NCBI GenBank assembly: GCA_964057225.1
Contig: OZ059895.1
Location: forward strand, 15,376,001-15,440,000
DNA: 64,000 nucleotides
Reading direction: 5' to 3'
Origin: Auanema rhodensis
Lineage: Eukaryota; Animalia; Nematoda
Position numbers and translations under genes: made by a program. Of the stretch, positions 14,013 through 29,100 are shown one piece after another. Position 1 is the stretch's first letter; every line of letters starts with the position of its first letter. The notes under the pieces are model-generated. The model had not been told where the DNA came from and ran no database searches. It saw nothing but the letters and a program-made list of their open reading frames with translations.

Positions 14013-17000
14013 TTAACTATTTAAAATCTGGTCAGCCGTTAGTGGATATATTGCTCCGGGCATATTGAAACCGTCCATAGTTGAAGGAATGAGATGTATT
14101 GGTCCACTGGATACGGATGAGCGACCACCTAAGGAATTTGTGCGTACTTTTACTGATTTCAATGATCCTGCCTTGTTGTCCAGGCTAGGAAGTACCTACA
14201 AAATGGATATTTTTGCACATTACGATGTAATCGTCAGAGAGGGTTTCATGTGCATGAATACCGTCTGCTGAAACTAACATTTTCTGGCATTATTATCGAA
14301 TAAAGACTATAGCTATGTATGTAGTGTTTAGCGTGAAATACTGCGTGAAAATACAATCAAACACACGGATGGTGAAGCAGGTGTAAGACAGGCCACATTA
14401 GACGACTCTCATGTTCTTGCCATCGGAACCATGTGCAACATTATCCACCGAACCCATTTTGGAGCTAGGTGTCGTATATTCGTATTTCTCATCAAATATC
14501 TGAAAACGGCGATAAAGCTTAAGAAGTATTTAGTCATGATTCCTAGTGTCAATGGAAGGCAGATTCGTATATAAAGACCTGTAAAGCCAGGACTTGAACG
14601 ACAACTAAATGCATTAGTTGACTTTAATCTTATATGTATATATATGAATTGTATGAAAAGTAAAGAAGTTGAGAAAAAGAGAGAAAGAGAGAGAAAAAAG
14701 AGATAAAAAGAGAGGGTGGGGAGGGGGGGGGGAGACAGATCCAACAAATGCTATTCGAGATTAATGAAAGCGAGATGGTTCAACTAGAATATTTAGACTT
14801 GATGCCATCAAATATATCTTATTCACGTTGGCTACTGTATCATTCATTCAGTCAAGTTTAAAAATAAGATGAGCTAAAACGGAAAAAAAAGAAGTTTGTG
14901 CTGGAACGATTGTGAATAATAGAAGATTTGAAAAGAACTTGACGATGTTCGTGTAAATGACATAACACCCACACAACCGTTCTGTTCGTCTGTTCCAACG
15001 TGTTTTTGTCAATTAATTTCCTCAAATAGAAGATAAACTACCTGTGTAACGTAAAATGAATTAATGAAAAATAATACGAAAACAGTAATCAGACTATCTA
15101 TTTCAGAATGGCAGAAGAGGATGAGAGAGTTGAGTGAGTAGTACACGATGAGCTTAGCCATGATATAGCAATCACCTGAATATTTCCTCCACCGGGTTGA
15201 TGACCGATATTATCTTTTGAGCCGACTTTACTTGTAGCATTCCATTCTAGTTTTTCGTGCAAAACCTGCAAAGCAGCAAAAGCTGGTGTGATCAGTGAGA
15301 TTTCAAACAATAAATTTTAGAAAAATCTATCGTCAAAGTCATAATAAGCTGAAGTGCATAATGACAATCAAAACATAAGAGAATGGGTTGATACACACAA
15401 TTCACAGTCACTCAACAATCTCAGAACGAGTGTGATAGCCGTGATATATGGTATAGTTAATTATCAAATCATCATATAGTTTATAAAAAACATAAAACGT
15501 TCACACGTCATTGTTACCTTCACATTTCCACCGCCAGGCTTATGCTTAGCATTGTCTAACGATCCTACTTTAGATTGAGCACTCCAATTTAATTTTTGAT
15601 TAGGAATCTGAATATTATTGATGTGAATCAACATGAAATAGAGCAATTCAATAATACTTTCTTATCTGAAAGCTTAGGAGCATGATCAGATTTCGCATCC
15701 ACACGAGACTTAGCTGTTTCTTTGAAATTTGTTTTGATAGTTTCAATTTTCACATTTCCACCGCCTAAATTAGGTTATGCTGAGAAGGAGTACAAGGATT
15801 CAGTGTTCTTATTGTTTATATATATATACATATCATATATTTATGTTATGAATATTTAATTATTTGGAATATAAAACTCTTACCTGGCACGTGATTTGCC
15901 TTATCCAAAGATCCAACTTTTGAGGTGGCGTTGTATGTCTTCTTCTCATGAAATATCTCTACATTACCTCCAGTTGGCTTATGAGCAGTAATTGAACCAA
16001 CTTTACTATAATTATAAATAAATATAGTTAATATAGTTAAATACAGTTCATAGAAGTGAAATACATTTCAATAAATTACCTTTGAACATTTGCATATTTC
16101 TTATTTACTTTTGGAGTCGAAGGTAAGCTTCCTATGGCACCTACAATGAATTATCAAAGCTAAATCTGCCCTGTTGACTTTAGTATTACCTGCTTTAGAA
16201 ACTGAAAACGTACTTGTAGCCGGACTACGTTGCACTGATCGAGCACGTGTTGAGCTATTCGAGACAGGTGGCTTACCGGCAATCCTAATAGATGTTGTGG
16301 TCGCCGCAGGCTTGGGCATGGCCCTACAAGTACATACATATGATAAGAAGACACATAGTCTTTGAAATTTCTTTTATTTGTGCGGGAAAGTTATTGAAAA
16401 AAAAAGAAAATCTGGATTTCAAATGAAAAAATATTAGAATGAGTTATGGCTGCATCCAAAGTGTTCTTGAAGCTCAAAAATAGAGTATTCACAACGAATC
16501 AATAGAGAGCATGAGGCGTGAGAAGACGATGTATCCAAGAAGAATACGGCTTTACGCGCAAAAATGAGAGAAAAGCGTGGCATAAAGAAAGGAAAACGGA
16601 AAGATGGAGAAAAGGAAAGAGGCAATAATATTGAAGATGGATGATACCTTGATAACTTGACATTGCGACATGCTTTGACTGCTGTTTCTACAGCCTTTGA
16701 TGATTTATATAAATACGAAAGAGAGAGAATAGCAAGTGTGAGATAAATATGCGAGCTAGAGGCCCATTAGCAAACGTACGGCTTAAAACTTCAACGTCGA
16801 AACAAAATATCGACAGATAATGAGCAGGAAATGGAGCTCAGCATAATAGAGAGGTTCACAAGACGAAGCAGGAAAATGCTTTAGAAAAATTGAAAGAGAT
16901 TGTGAAAAGGATGAAAAAGGACGACGAAGGTGGGTTTGCAAAAATCTGCTAAACGACTTAAACCATATGAAGCATATGGAGATTTTCTCAAGGCATTGAG

Positions 17001-19182
17001 TGGTGATGACGAGTTCTACAGCTGAACATAATATGATTTGGCAAGGAAAAGCATCAGCTGCATGTTCAGCTTCAAAAATCATCAAGCATGAGGAAGAGAA
17101 AACGTCAAACTGGCTATTCACTATGGGCTGAATCATAGGAAGTACTAATTAGGATGACAAGTAGTCGGGAAGCATCTTCAACCACAAGAAATAGCAAAAC
17201 AGTTCTAGGAATAATAAAAATAATAATAACATGGAGCGAAATGTCAAAATTTATGTATTGGTGAACCAGCATGACTAGAGCTTATTCTCGATTCTGGATG
17301 TGCTACACTTTTCAGTGAATATATGACGAGATAGAGAAAGAGAAAGAGATGCAGATGCAGATTGGATGAGAAAGAGCTATAGAAGGTACATGAATTCAAA
17401 TGTGAATTAGAGATAAATAGAAAATGAGTTGTCTAACAAGTAAAAGTAATAAAACATGATGTGAACTAATGACAAGCTGTCACCCCTGTGTATACATCAG
17501 GTGAACATCCGACGGATCTGCGTGTCAATGCTTTAACTTTCTACGCAATCCAAGTTTCTTATCTATGTATTAATCGTTGTGTGTGACCACCACATGAATC
17601 AGCTCTAAGCAATTGCTTGAACACCAGCAACAACAACAAATTGCTTTTCCAACTTACGTCGTTCTTCCTGCGCTTGCTCTAGCTGCTGGAGTTCTTGAGG
17701 CTGTGCTTACTTTCGTAGCTGTTGGCATGCTGTAAAAGGTGAAAAATAAATAAAATAATGTTATAAGATCAAATACTATAAAATAAATATTATGTTATTC
17801 ATGTATATTTCATATATAAAAGGATTTACGGAGAAAAAAATTCGAAAGAATGCTAAGAAGAGCATACTGCGTACACTACGTGCCTGATGTGTATATTCAG
17901 CTGTCATTCTTGAAACATGCATTACTATTCAAATCAATTGTTATATAAAATAATTAATTATGCATGAATATATTATATGAAATAATTATTATTTCATAAA
18001 GATGTTATAAATTTAATTATTTAACTTATTCTCACTATAGCATATTTAAAAAGTCTATGAAATAATTTAACTCACGGTGGAATAGTCTTTTTGGTTGGCG
18101 CTTGCATCTTTGTTGCTCCAATAGGACGAGCAGCTACGGAGCTTGTTTTCTGAAATATTCAATTTAAAAAAATGAAAGCTTAATTTTAATTTTGTGTAAT
18201 GGCAATGCAACCTGTTTAATGCTGATTGTTGGGCAAAAAAAAAGCTAAATCAACACGGCCACGTGACAACGTGGAATAAACTACACGTATGCAAATTTTG
18301 ATGTCATTTGAAATTGAAAGTGAAATACTCTTATATGTATGCTAATGAGTGAGATAAGCGTATAACCTTTACAGAAGCTGATTTTGCAGCTGATACAACT
18401 GGAGCAGCTTCTGGATTCTCAGATGGATCGGCAGGAGGTTCAAAAGCTGATTCAATTTTGTTTTCCTTAGAATACAGAATTACTACAGCGAGTTAGAATG
18501 CTAATCAAATACCTCTGAGCAGGATGTTTGAGTTGGGAACGGAGTTGGTTCTTCGGGCAGTGGTTCCTGCAAGTTGTCGTCGACAGCGGACGTCGGAGTA
18601 TTCAATCCGTGCTCGGAGCCAGCTTCCGTTTGCTCTCTTGTGTCGTTTGCATCATCAGTAGATCGATCAGTTGGTTCAGATATCAAATCAGATTGCACAT
18701 GATCATCTGACAAGTCTCGTGTTTGATGAGCATCTTCATTGTCTGCATCAAAATGACTTTCGGCATTCTGCTCAATTTCACGTTCCATCTGCTCAAAAAG
18801 CAGAATTTCGTTTTTCTCATTGTGCCCCATGCTGCCAGTATTGGATGTTTCAAATGCTGTAGTCATTATTTCGCTGGAAATATTCAAACTTTCGCTTCCT
18901 GGATCAGCAGCGAGTGATGATGAATGTGATGATAAGGATAATAGATCTGCACGATGATCAGATTCTAATGCAGTTTCAAGCTGAAAATATTAGATGAAAT
19001 GCTGATGTAGAGTAGCACAAAACAATAGATCAAAGAGATATTTGGACGATTGGTCAGCAAGAAAATGAGAAAAATTCCAAAATAACATGATTGTAGTGAT
19101 GAATACAAGGTTGACAGTCTAGCCAACTAATTTTATAACTACGATGTTCATACATACATACCTTTCTGGTGGATCGTCTTCC

Positions 19183-19244
<62 letters not shown>

Positions 19245-20262
19245 AATATTCTCTTCATGTTAATCTCTATTTCTATTTAGGTTTTTTCAGTATATAAAAC
19301 CATGCTGAGTCCAATTATACTTGACCGAGTTTTCCGGATGAAGAATAGACAACGCCGCAAAAACACAATCAAACCTTCCAGCCCTCCCATTAACAATTAA
19401 AATTTCATCATTGGACATGGATTTTTGAGGAGAAGAGGAAGGAAAGAACATGGAAAATGGAGACTAAGCGCATATGAATGAGAATAAACTTACATTTGAA
19501 GAAATGGACTGTTTGTCAACGTGTTCGTCTTCGTCTTTTTGATCTAAAAAATGGAAATGGAAATAGAAATTGTTCACAAGCATATACAATACTATGCTGT
19601 TTTTCATATAAATGTGTGAAATATTTATAAAAAAAAAAGAATTTAAACAAAGTTTTTCGTTTGATTTGCTTTTTACGTAACATAAAATCTATTTTCTTTC
19701 TTTGTTTGTATAAAAATATTGAAACATACCGATGCTTGAATCAGCTGCAGTGTAGTGTTTGTGATCCGACGGCTCGTCTGTCTCCACCTCTTCGACGTCG
19801 GAATTGCAAATTGATGACCTTTTTAGGTTTCCACAATCAGCAGATTCAACGATGGCTTCTTCTTCTTCGCCTTCGCCTTCGAATGAATTACGCTCTTCCT
19901 CGTATACGTAGTCGTCGTCGTTTCCAGAAGAATGAGATATTGACTGGATATCTTCTCTGTTTTTCTTCTGCAAGTCCTCCTCCTCGTCGTCTATCTTTGT
20001 CTCTTCGATCTCTTCTTGTTCGTCTTTTTCCTGTTCTTCTGGAGCTGAAACATAGAAATAGGTCTATGTATCATCTGATACTCATTGAAATCTAACGATG
20101 TCAATCAAAATATAAAATGAAAAAAAGTAATTTTATATGAATGATAATGGGAAATATGATGAGCTAATGTCACATCTGTACTCATTCACACAAATAGGTT
20201 TGTAGTATTTTTTTCGAAGTTCTTAACTTTAAAAGAAGAAAAAGAGAGGAAGAGAGAGAGAG

Positions 20263-20309
<47 letters not shown>

Positions 20310-20790
20310 GAGAGAAAGAAAGAGAGAGAGAAGGACAGATCCTACTTCCTCTAAAGTTAAAAAGAAAAATGGAAGATGTAACAGCTAAAAAGGAAGTATA
20401 GAAGACAACTACTAACTTATACCATAACAGTTAAGAAATAAAATATAGAAAACATTTTAAGAGAAGGCTTTCTCTTTCTTCTGACTCCCAAAACTTTGTT
20501 AAAAAAAGATTTGAAAAATAAACATTTGGTGATTGAGGATGAGAAGATAATAGAGATAGGCATAGTTCAAAAATGAAGAGAAAAAGCAAAAGAGAGAGGG
20601 GCAAAGTGAAAAGACTGAGTGAGGAAAGGGAAAGGGGGGGGAAGAAGCATAACGAGGGTAAGATGGAGAAACAAATTGAACAACACTGAAAATAAAGAAG
20701 AACTTTGAGAAGACAAACATCAATTCTTCTGTGTATATTGTATGATTTTCTTCATAAAAAATGATTCAAACAAAAGGAAGAACCGTCAGA

Positions 20791-20822
<32 letters not shown>

Positions 20823-21170
20823 TTTCTTGATATTATCATGAAAATTATGCAAAATATTCATAATATTGCATGTGTTAATCAATGAAGAAATGTTTTTTTA
20901 TTTAGAAAAAACAAAGATTATCCTCAAAAATGCTTTTTCCTTCATTCCGTTTTCCTTTAAAAAGAAACGAAAAATAGCAAAACAGCGAAGTATTATGCGC
21001 ATAAAGCTGAAGCAAGTTGATGTCTTGGAAATATCAATTTCCATCTAAGAGCTTTGATAGTTATTTGGAAAAACTGTTATGTTTAACAAACAAAAATGAT
21101 TTTCATTCAACGTTCAAATGGGTTTTGAGGTTATTGAATGAAAGACGAAACTCCTCCCTTGTTCCTCAAT

Positions 21171-21225
<55 letters not shown>

Positions 21226-24200
21226 CCCTCCTCCCAAATATGGTGAAAGGGGATATGAATAGGTGGTGAATGAACGATGAAACAGAATAGCAACATACCG
21301 TTATTGACTTCTAATGTCTGCTGCTCTGCTATGTAGCTGTCGTGAGATTCAGCTGGCTGTTCGGTAGTAGTTGCGTTGGGCTCTGCGGCGTCGTCGAGCG
21401 TGCTCTCTGCCTCAGGCGTCAGAGGGTAATCTTGAGTGGTAGGTACGGATTGCTCGGATTGCTATAAAACATACGGATTATAAACATACATGTGTGGAAA
21501 TACGTGTGAAAGACGGAACATCAGCAGTGGCTGACCCTTCTCCCCTTCAAAAATGAGCAGAGAATAGCAAAGGGAAACGAAAAAAATGGAAATATTTGAT
21601 TGAAAAGTTATAATGTTTATGTTAATATTCATATTTGTTTTTGAGTTAAACTAGACTGATTGCGTAAGGATGCTTTATAGGATTAAACATCTAGTTCTTC
21701 TTCTAGCTAATATCAGAGAAAATGGAGAAGAAAAGCATAATATGATGAAAAGTGGGTTAAGGCAGAAGCAGAAGCACAAGAGATAGTACATGTGAAGTTA
21801 TTTCATAGTCTTTCCCAGAGCAATTTCCAAAAAAAGATGAGAAATCATAAAAAAATATGAAACATCGTCTATAAAGCTTAAGCAATACATCTTCTAGACG
21901 ACGTTTCAAACGAGCAAATCACATAAGTTATGTTGAAATGTCACAAAAGAGCAAAAAAGTGGAATACGGGGCACAAATTTTCCATAGCAGATCAATGACG
22001 GAAAAGCTCTTTGTCGAGAAAAAAACAGAAAGGAGAGAGAGGGGCTGACGACAAAAACACACAAAAACACATGAATAGACATCAGGTTTGACGAACGAGG
22101 AATAAAGTGAAAGCTTCTGAGCAGTCGCATCTCATGTGGTTTAGATCATACAACTTGGCTTTTCACAGTTTAAGAGAAGAAAAATGCATAATAAACAGTA
22201 AGAAGTTGAAATTTATTTCTCATCTCACGGTCATAGTGTTACTGAAGAAATACTCAATGTTATTTATTGAAAAGCTAAAAAACAAGAAGAGGACGAATAG
22301 AGAGAGAAAGAGAAAGAGAGAGAGAGAGAGAGAGAAGAGAGTAGGGCAGTGGTTGGAGAACACCTCAAAAAGGTTCTGTCTGGCCAGCAAACAAACATCA
22401 AAACAAATTGGCTCAAGTACTGAAAAAGCAAAAATAAACTGTCAAATGTAGCTTTTCCTGTGAAGAAAATGAAATATAATTCAATCGAGACTCAATTGCA
22501 GTTATATTTGGAAATGAAAATGAAAATAGAAATCAGAGGGTGAGTAATAACAGTCAAAGACTACTACGACATGCTGAAGGACAATTATAAGAAAAGAGAG
22601 GGAGGAGAGAGGGAGAGAGAGAGAAGGAGAAAGAGACACAGAGAGAGGGAGAGAGAGATTAGAAGAAAGAAAATTTGTGAAATAAATCTAGTAATAACAT
22701 AAAGCTCAAAAGGATAATTTGCAAAAGATAATATCTGAAGCTGAAAAAGAGCCGAAGCAAGGCTCGTTCATGAACTACACACGAAGGCTGATACATGCCA
22801 TATGGGTTGGATATGACCAACTGAGGGACAGATGTCGTTATTTAAACATAAGCTGAGAACAGAAACGGAAATGAGCAGCAGGAAAAGGAACTAAATAAAA
22901 AAATTTTCTGACTCTTAGTATATCGTGAAGAAGAAAAGATCTTCCTTTCTTCAATTCAAAAGATTCGTCTTTGTTCATTCAAAACCTCTGACTGTGTATG
23001 GATGAGGGTAGTGAGAGTAATGCTTAATGTCGTAAAACATGGCAAAATGAAGTAGAAGAAGGTATAAGACAACGACGATAACGACGACAATGACGATGAC
23101 GATGACGAAAAGGAAGTAGAAAGCAACGACAACGACAAATGAATGTATTATTTCCATTTGAAACCGATGAACTTGCCTCAAATCTCAATAGAAATCATCA
23201 AAATTATAAAGAGTATGATAATGAAATGCTAATTCTAATAGAAGAAACGACAATGCGTGCACATCTAATGGCCTCCGTCATGTAAGAGATGGCTTATAGG
23301 CCAATGATGAGTGCAGAGTGACGGAAAAAAGAAAGAAAGTAAGGACGTAAATTGTCTATTTTGCCTATCAATTTCTCTTTCTTTTCTCTACGAAGAAAAC
23401 AAAAAAATATTCGACAGTATGATCATAGAACCTATTTCCAAGTTTGAAAACTACAAAATATAACGAATAGGCGAAAAACAATTGGCATGTTAAGGAACAA
23501 AACTGCAAGTTTTAAGTTATTTTTCTTAAATTCTAAGCCGAGTTAAGTATTAGGCTATTAACTTCGCTTGACGCTCCACTTAACAAATAAGACAACAGCA
23601 ACAGTCGGCAGAAATGATTGTGAAGTTTTACTCGAAATCTCACTCCCTCGCACTTGTTTCTATCTCTAATTCTCTTGCCATTTCATAATCATTTATCTTT
23701 TCTCTCTTTCTTTTTTGATTTGACCAACAATCATTCGACTTTTTAATCTTCTTCATAGGAATGTTTAGTAGTCACAGCAGAAGCAGCTGACCTTCTTCTA
23801 CAAATCATTCAGTATTATAATGATAATTATAAGCTAAAACAAGATATTTATATGTATAATTAGTTATAAAATTTTTGAACATGATAAACTAGATATCGTA
23901 TCATTAATTAGCTAATTATAAATACTCTATAGATATTGAAGATATTGATAGAAATTAATTAAAACACAACCGCTCTCTGCGGGCAATTTCTTAGAAATGA
24001 TTTACATGTCCGACAGCGTTCAACACTTTTTCACGTAAAACACGTTTGAATTCAAATTGTATGTATGAGATATCATGAGGAGAGTTAGTTAGTTTTTCCT
24101 TCCTTGTTCAGAAAGCCATGTAAAAGGTATTCATGATCCAAACATGAAAATACTATAATTCAACAATAGTAGAGATCAAGCAATATAAGATTTGGGAATG

Positions 24201-24883
24201 AACAAGAGTATTGGTAAACACTCAATCGCATTTTATGAAAAGTATAATATATAAATAGTATATAGTCAAGCTTTCAGGAGAAGAGCAACATGAGACATAA
24301 TCTAGACGAGAAATAGGAGAGAGGGAGAGAGAGAGAGAGAATTTGTGTATGTACTAACATACTATATGATAGCCGATGTGCTTAAAAATCCATTTTAAGC
24401 TTATTCTTTTACTATTTGTGTGAATGATTTCAAGCTGACCTTTCTCGTCCAAAGCACGTATTCCATTTCAAAGATCTTACAATAACCAATAATATCAATA
24501 TCAACAGTATATTTCAAGATATAAGGTAATCAATTATTGATTAAAATGAGTATATGGTATTTGATATCATAACCTTTACCAGGTGGATAGGAAGAATCAG
24601 TCAATAAACCAAAGGTAAGAAGTTGTTCTGCGAAAAGAGAGGAAAAGAGGGCCGGAGAGAGGGAGAGAGAATGGAAGAAGAGGGGAGGCAAGATTTGCTT
24701 GAAGGAAATATTATTTTGCTTTTCAGCTAGCTAAAAAAGTTCATAACAGAAGTTGGTAAAGGAAGTGTTGAAAATAAAAAAAATGTTAGAAAACACATTA
24801 AGCTTTCCGAAAGATTAAACACTCACCTGTTCACTCATGATTTCATCGGCCAGATGCATGTCCTCAGTTGATGTCGAGTCCAT
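14013..24883 (-). CDS. ptl-1: Tau/MAP2-like microtubule-associated protein with an acidic projection domain and tubulin-binding repeats
   Basis: ATG at 24883 (MDSTSTEDMHL). Phase-compatible acidic exons at ~21300-21460, ~19730-20045 and ~18530-18980. Repeats SKVGS..HKPTGG, SKVGSLDKANHVPGGG, SKVGSLDNAKHKPGGG and SKVGSKDNIGHQPGGG at 15175-16140. The choice of last exon is uncertain. Confidence 0.85.
19178..19240. repeat. (CT)n microsatellite in a ptl-1 intron
   Basis: Direct reading. Confidence 0.95.
20244..20331. repeat. (GA)n microsatellite in a ptl-1 intron
   Basis: Direct reading. Similar tracts at ~20790, 21175, 22300 and 22595. Confidence 0.95.
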
Positions 24884-26193
24884 AATTGGAAATTCTATCT
24901 AGAAGATATATGATATACAGAACTATGGGAAGGTTTAGTGAGATATGAATAACAATCTGGGTGAATGTAAACGGTGGGGAGATGTTAAACAGGTAGAAGA
25001 AATCTTGTCATATACATGTGTAACTCTAGAGATTCCTTATATTGCGCTGATGGCTGAAATGCTTAGTCGTTGGGGATGATGGTCTATCGGTTACTCACTC
25101 ATTTGCTTTACTTCTCTCTCTCTCTCTCCCTTTGTATCTCTCAAAATCTCGTTCTCGCACTTGAGTTCAGTTAATCTACACTTCTTCTCATTGCTTAGAT
25201 GAGTCAATTAATCATCAATTCAAAAGATATTAGGCTGTCACCCAAGCCTAATTGGTTAGAGCTTACAGCGTACACTGAGAAACAGTTTCTTTGGGTCATT
25301 GAAGCATTCGACTAATCGAAATCATGTCATCAAACCTCTTTTCACATATCTCTTTACCCCTAACTTCATCGCTCTCTCTCACACTTAATAGCATTCACTC
25401 ATTTCATATTTCTTCATAGAATCTCACTGTTCCGCTCACTTGCATCTGTCAGTTACAGAGCCTATGTTGATGTTCTACCAGTCGATCATCTTTCTACTGA
25501 TGTCTCACAATGCGGATATGTGAAGAGCTATTTAAAGAGCGGAAAGAAATAACAAAGATATATAAAAGCAATGAAAAACAACTTAAACAAAACTCAAGTT
25601 AATGAACCAACTACGAGCTTAAATTTCAGAAAACTTACCAAATTATGTTCTCCGAGTATAACTTGGTCTACGCTGATGTGTTGTTATGGATGCTTATAGT
25701 TCCCAGATAGCCATTAACCAATGCTTGTCAAATGCATTTTTGCCGATCTTTCTTGCTTCTCTTGCCTTTTCAGTTCATTTGTTTTGCATAGGAAGCTCGT
25801 GTTGGAATGTAAACTCGATTGGTCATGAATGAGTGGTGAGATATGTTACTTGATGTATGTTCTTGTATGCTTCTCTTCTCAACTTTTTAGCTTCATCAAC
25901 TCATTTTAGTTTTAAAAGAATTTATCACCTAAAACAAGCCAACAACAAAATCAATAAATTATTAAGTTAAGATATCACAATAGTCCAGTGAAGCAGAGGA
26001 CACAAGGGATCAAATACATTCTACAACCCAGAAGGGGACCAGAAATAGTATGAGAACTCGGTAACCCGAGGAAAATACATGTACTGAAACTAGATAATAA
26101 ATAAGTAGCCCCACTTAGAAGAAGAACAGATGCACAAGATATGGGGGGTGAACTGGGAGCAAACATGAAACATAGAACATGATAACAAATCAT

Positions 26194-29100
26194 TTAGGGT
26201 GTGGCCTTGACAACAGTGGGCTTGTTTTTGAATACACCCTTCTTGTTCTTTCCCTAAAACGATCAAAAGTTAGCTAACATTTAGAGACCAGAACTTCTTA
26301 CCTTGCTAGCAGATTTCTTGCCAGCCTTGATTTTACGGTCAGTGCTCTTAAGAGTTGGACGGTTTGGAAGATCCTTAACCTTGTAAATTCTAACGAGCCA
26401 GTTTTCGGTGGTGTAAGCTTCTTCGATATATTCGAGAGTAACGTCCTGAAACAAAAGAATAAATTGAAGACTCGGTTAATACGTTCATCATACCTTCTTT
26501 CCAATAACGTATCCTCTAGTTCTATCAAAACCTCCAGCTTGATTGTATCCGACTCTGGTCTCACCGAAGCGATAATAACTCATTTTGTACATAAGGCAGT
26601 TCAACATAGTCTCAGATGCTTGAGCTCCTACACTGTATTCTCCAGATTCAGTGAAATAGTTAGCTTCCTAAACAAAAAGCAAAAATTCACAATATAGTAT
26701 ATCATTACATACTCTAATTTCCTTTGGATGCTCTCCTTCAGCAATTCTGACCATCCACAAGAATTTGTTAATATCATCTCCAGAATATCCAATAACTCCT
26801 CCGAAGATTACAAGAATGTAATCTACATCGAGTTCCTTCATGATTTCATAAGCAGCAGATTCGTTAGAAGACATAGCCTTTCCGACCTAATATTGAAGCT
26901 TGTTAAACACATGCATGTTTTCACACTCATACCAAAGCGATGTGGGAATTGTTCCAGGTGTTGTTATCAACAAGAGTAGTTCTGTTGGCCATTCCAGCGA
27001 TTTGGTAACCGTAATCCCACCAGGACATGATTCTAGCATCATCAGCAGTATTTTCACGAAGCCAGTGATAGGCCTCACGGAAATCATCCATAATGATTCT
27101 ATCTCTGAACAAATATTTATGAAATGCATTAGATCATGAGAAACAAACCCATCATGAGTAGAACTCTGGAGTACAACAGAAGGGTGAGAGTAAGCATTGC
27201 TGGTAACATAAGTACAATGAACAACGAACATCATCAAAAGAAGGGAAAGAACAACACAGACGATAGATTTGGCGTTAAGTCCAACAGCCTCCTCGGCAGT
27301 TTCACTTCCAGTGGTAGTCTATAACACATCATTGAACAATCGTGTAAAAAATATTATAAAGTCATGCATTAACATATATAACAAGAAATGAACTAAGTAA
27401 ACATAGGACAGGACACTCACAACGCCACCAACTACCTTTTTCTTGCTTGGCTTATCATATTGAACCTTCTCGGATTCTGGCTTAGATGGAACACGTTCCT
27501 CGTCTCTCAAGTACCTGAAATGGTTGGATGAAAACTGCATAGTAAATAATTTACTTACTTTTCGAAGATATGAGAGAAAGCTATACCAGCAAGAACACAA
27601 ACGGCAGGAGTTAATGTTAACATTAAACGGACCATAACTCCGGCGAAATAGACGGAAAAGACAGCATAGAGAATGACTGTAAAATTAATGTTTTAAAAAT
27701 TGGAGTTTTTAATCTTACTGAAGACTCTTTCGTCGTTAACTTTCTTGACACAGAACCATAAACCAGCTGGGAAGATAGCGGCGGTAATGTGAAGATCGAA
27801 GAAGAAAGCAACCCAGGTAGTAGGTTGATGCTCAGAAACAGAAGCGATGATAGGAATGTGAATCTATAACCAGGCGTTCATTTATGGCAAAAAGATGAAT
27901 ATAATACTTTAGCATATCCAGTATCCCAGAGAGAGTAGAAACGTCCAGAGAATGGAGCAACATATCCACCCCAAACGAGAGCAAAGTAGACGATGAAAGC
28001 AAGACCAAAAGTGATGGCCAATCCTCCTCCGAAGATAGTTACGAATTGCTGACGGGTGACACGAGGTCTAAGGTATTGAAGAGCAGCAACGATCTATAGG
28101 AAACAAATTCTTATATAATTTATTTTTAAAAAAAATGATCATACCTGCAAAAGACCGAAAACTCCAAAGGCTGGCATATGCTCAGAAGTGCGGACAGGTT
28201 GGAATCCAACAAATGGAATTTGCATGGATAAAACAGTGGCAAGGCAGTAGAATGTAGTGTATGCAACAAAAAGACGAGATGAATAACGTCCTGCAAAAGA
28301 TAAATATTCTGAGTTTTCAAAGCTCAAATCTTACCCATAACAATGAGAGCTACGACGTGTAATGGGATCAAGTTAATGATGAAGACATATCCTCCCCAAG
28401 CAGAAACCATGTAAAAGTAAGAAAGAGCACAAAGCGAGGCCCACATAACGGATCCAGTTTTCAATGATTTAACCCAGAGGAAATAAGTGAACTTAATAAA
28501 TAACATAATAGGAAAAAACAAACTAATTGCTTACCTGAAGAGCAAAAATAGCAATACCTTCGTTATCGTAAGATCCAGCAACAGAACGACTGGTGTAACC
28601 GGGAGAGATAGCGATGAAACAAGCAGCGAAAAGACCAGCTCCAACACTCCATAACTCTTTAGTCAAGAAGTAAGTTGCAATAGCAGTTAATCCAGAGAAA
28701 GTAGGAGCAAGGAAAACACAGATATCTCTGTAAAAACATGATAAATAACTGAAAATGTTCCCCAAACTTTACCTGATATGAGCCTGGAAGTTCAAGGTCT
28801 CGAGAATCCAGTGAATCAATCCAGAAGTAACCATCAATCCAGGATAGACCTAAAATGAAAAAGAATAAAATATTCAGATTATTTTCCTTACAGTTCCTCC
28901 GACGATTCTACCGAGTGGGTACCAAGCACGTTCATCGAACCAATTCAAGAAGCTATAGAACCCATTTTGTACCATATTGTGAGTTGCACGATAGTTGAAC
29001 CTAAGAAACAACGTTACTGATTATAATTTATTTTTTATACTTACCATGGATCGAATTCGTGGATGATGGATTCAAAACGTACAATAGCAAACAATCGAGA

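Noticed and set aside
19054-22451. ORFs with RERERE or SLSLSL runs
   Set aside because: These are translations of GA/CT microsatellites.
9563-23556. Isolated TTAGGC hexamers (~9563, ~12558, ~23550)
   Set aside because: Single copies are expected by chance and form no telomeric array.
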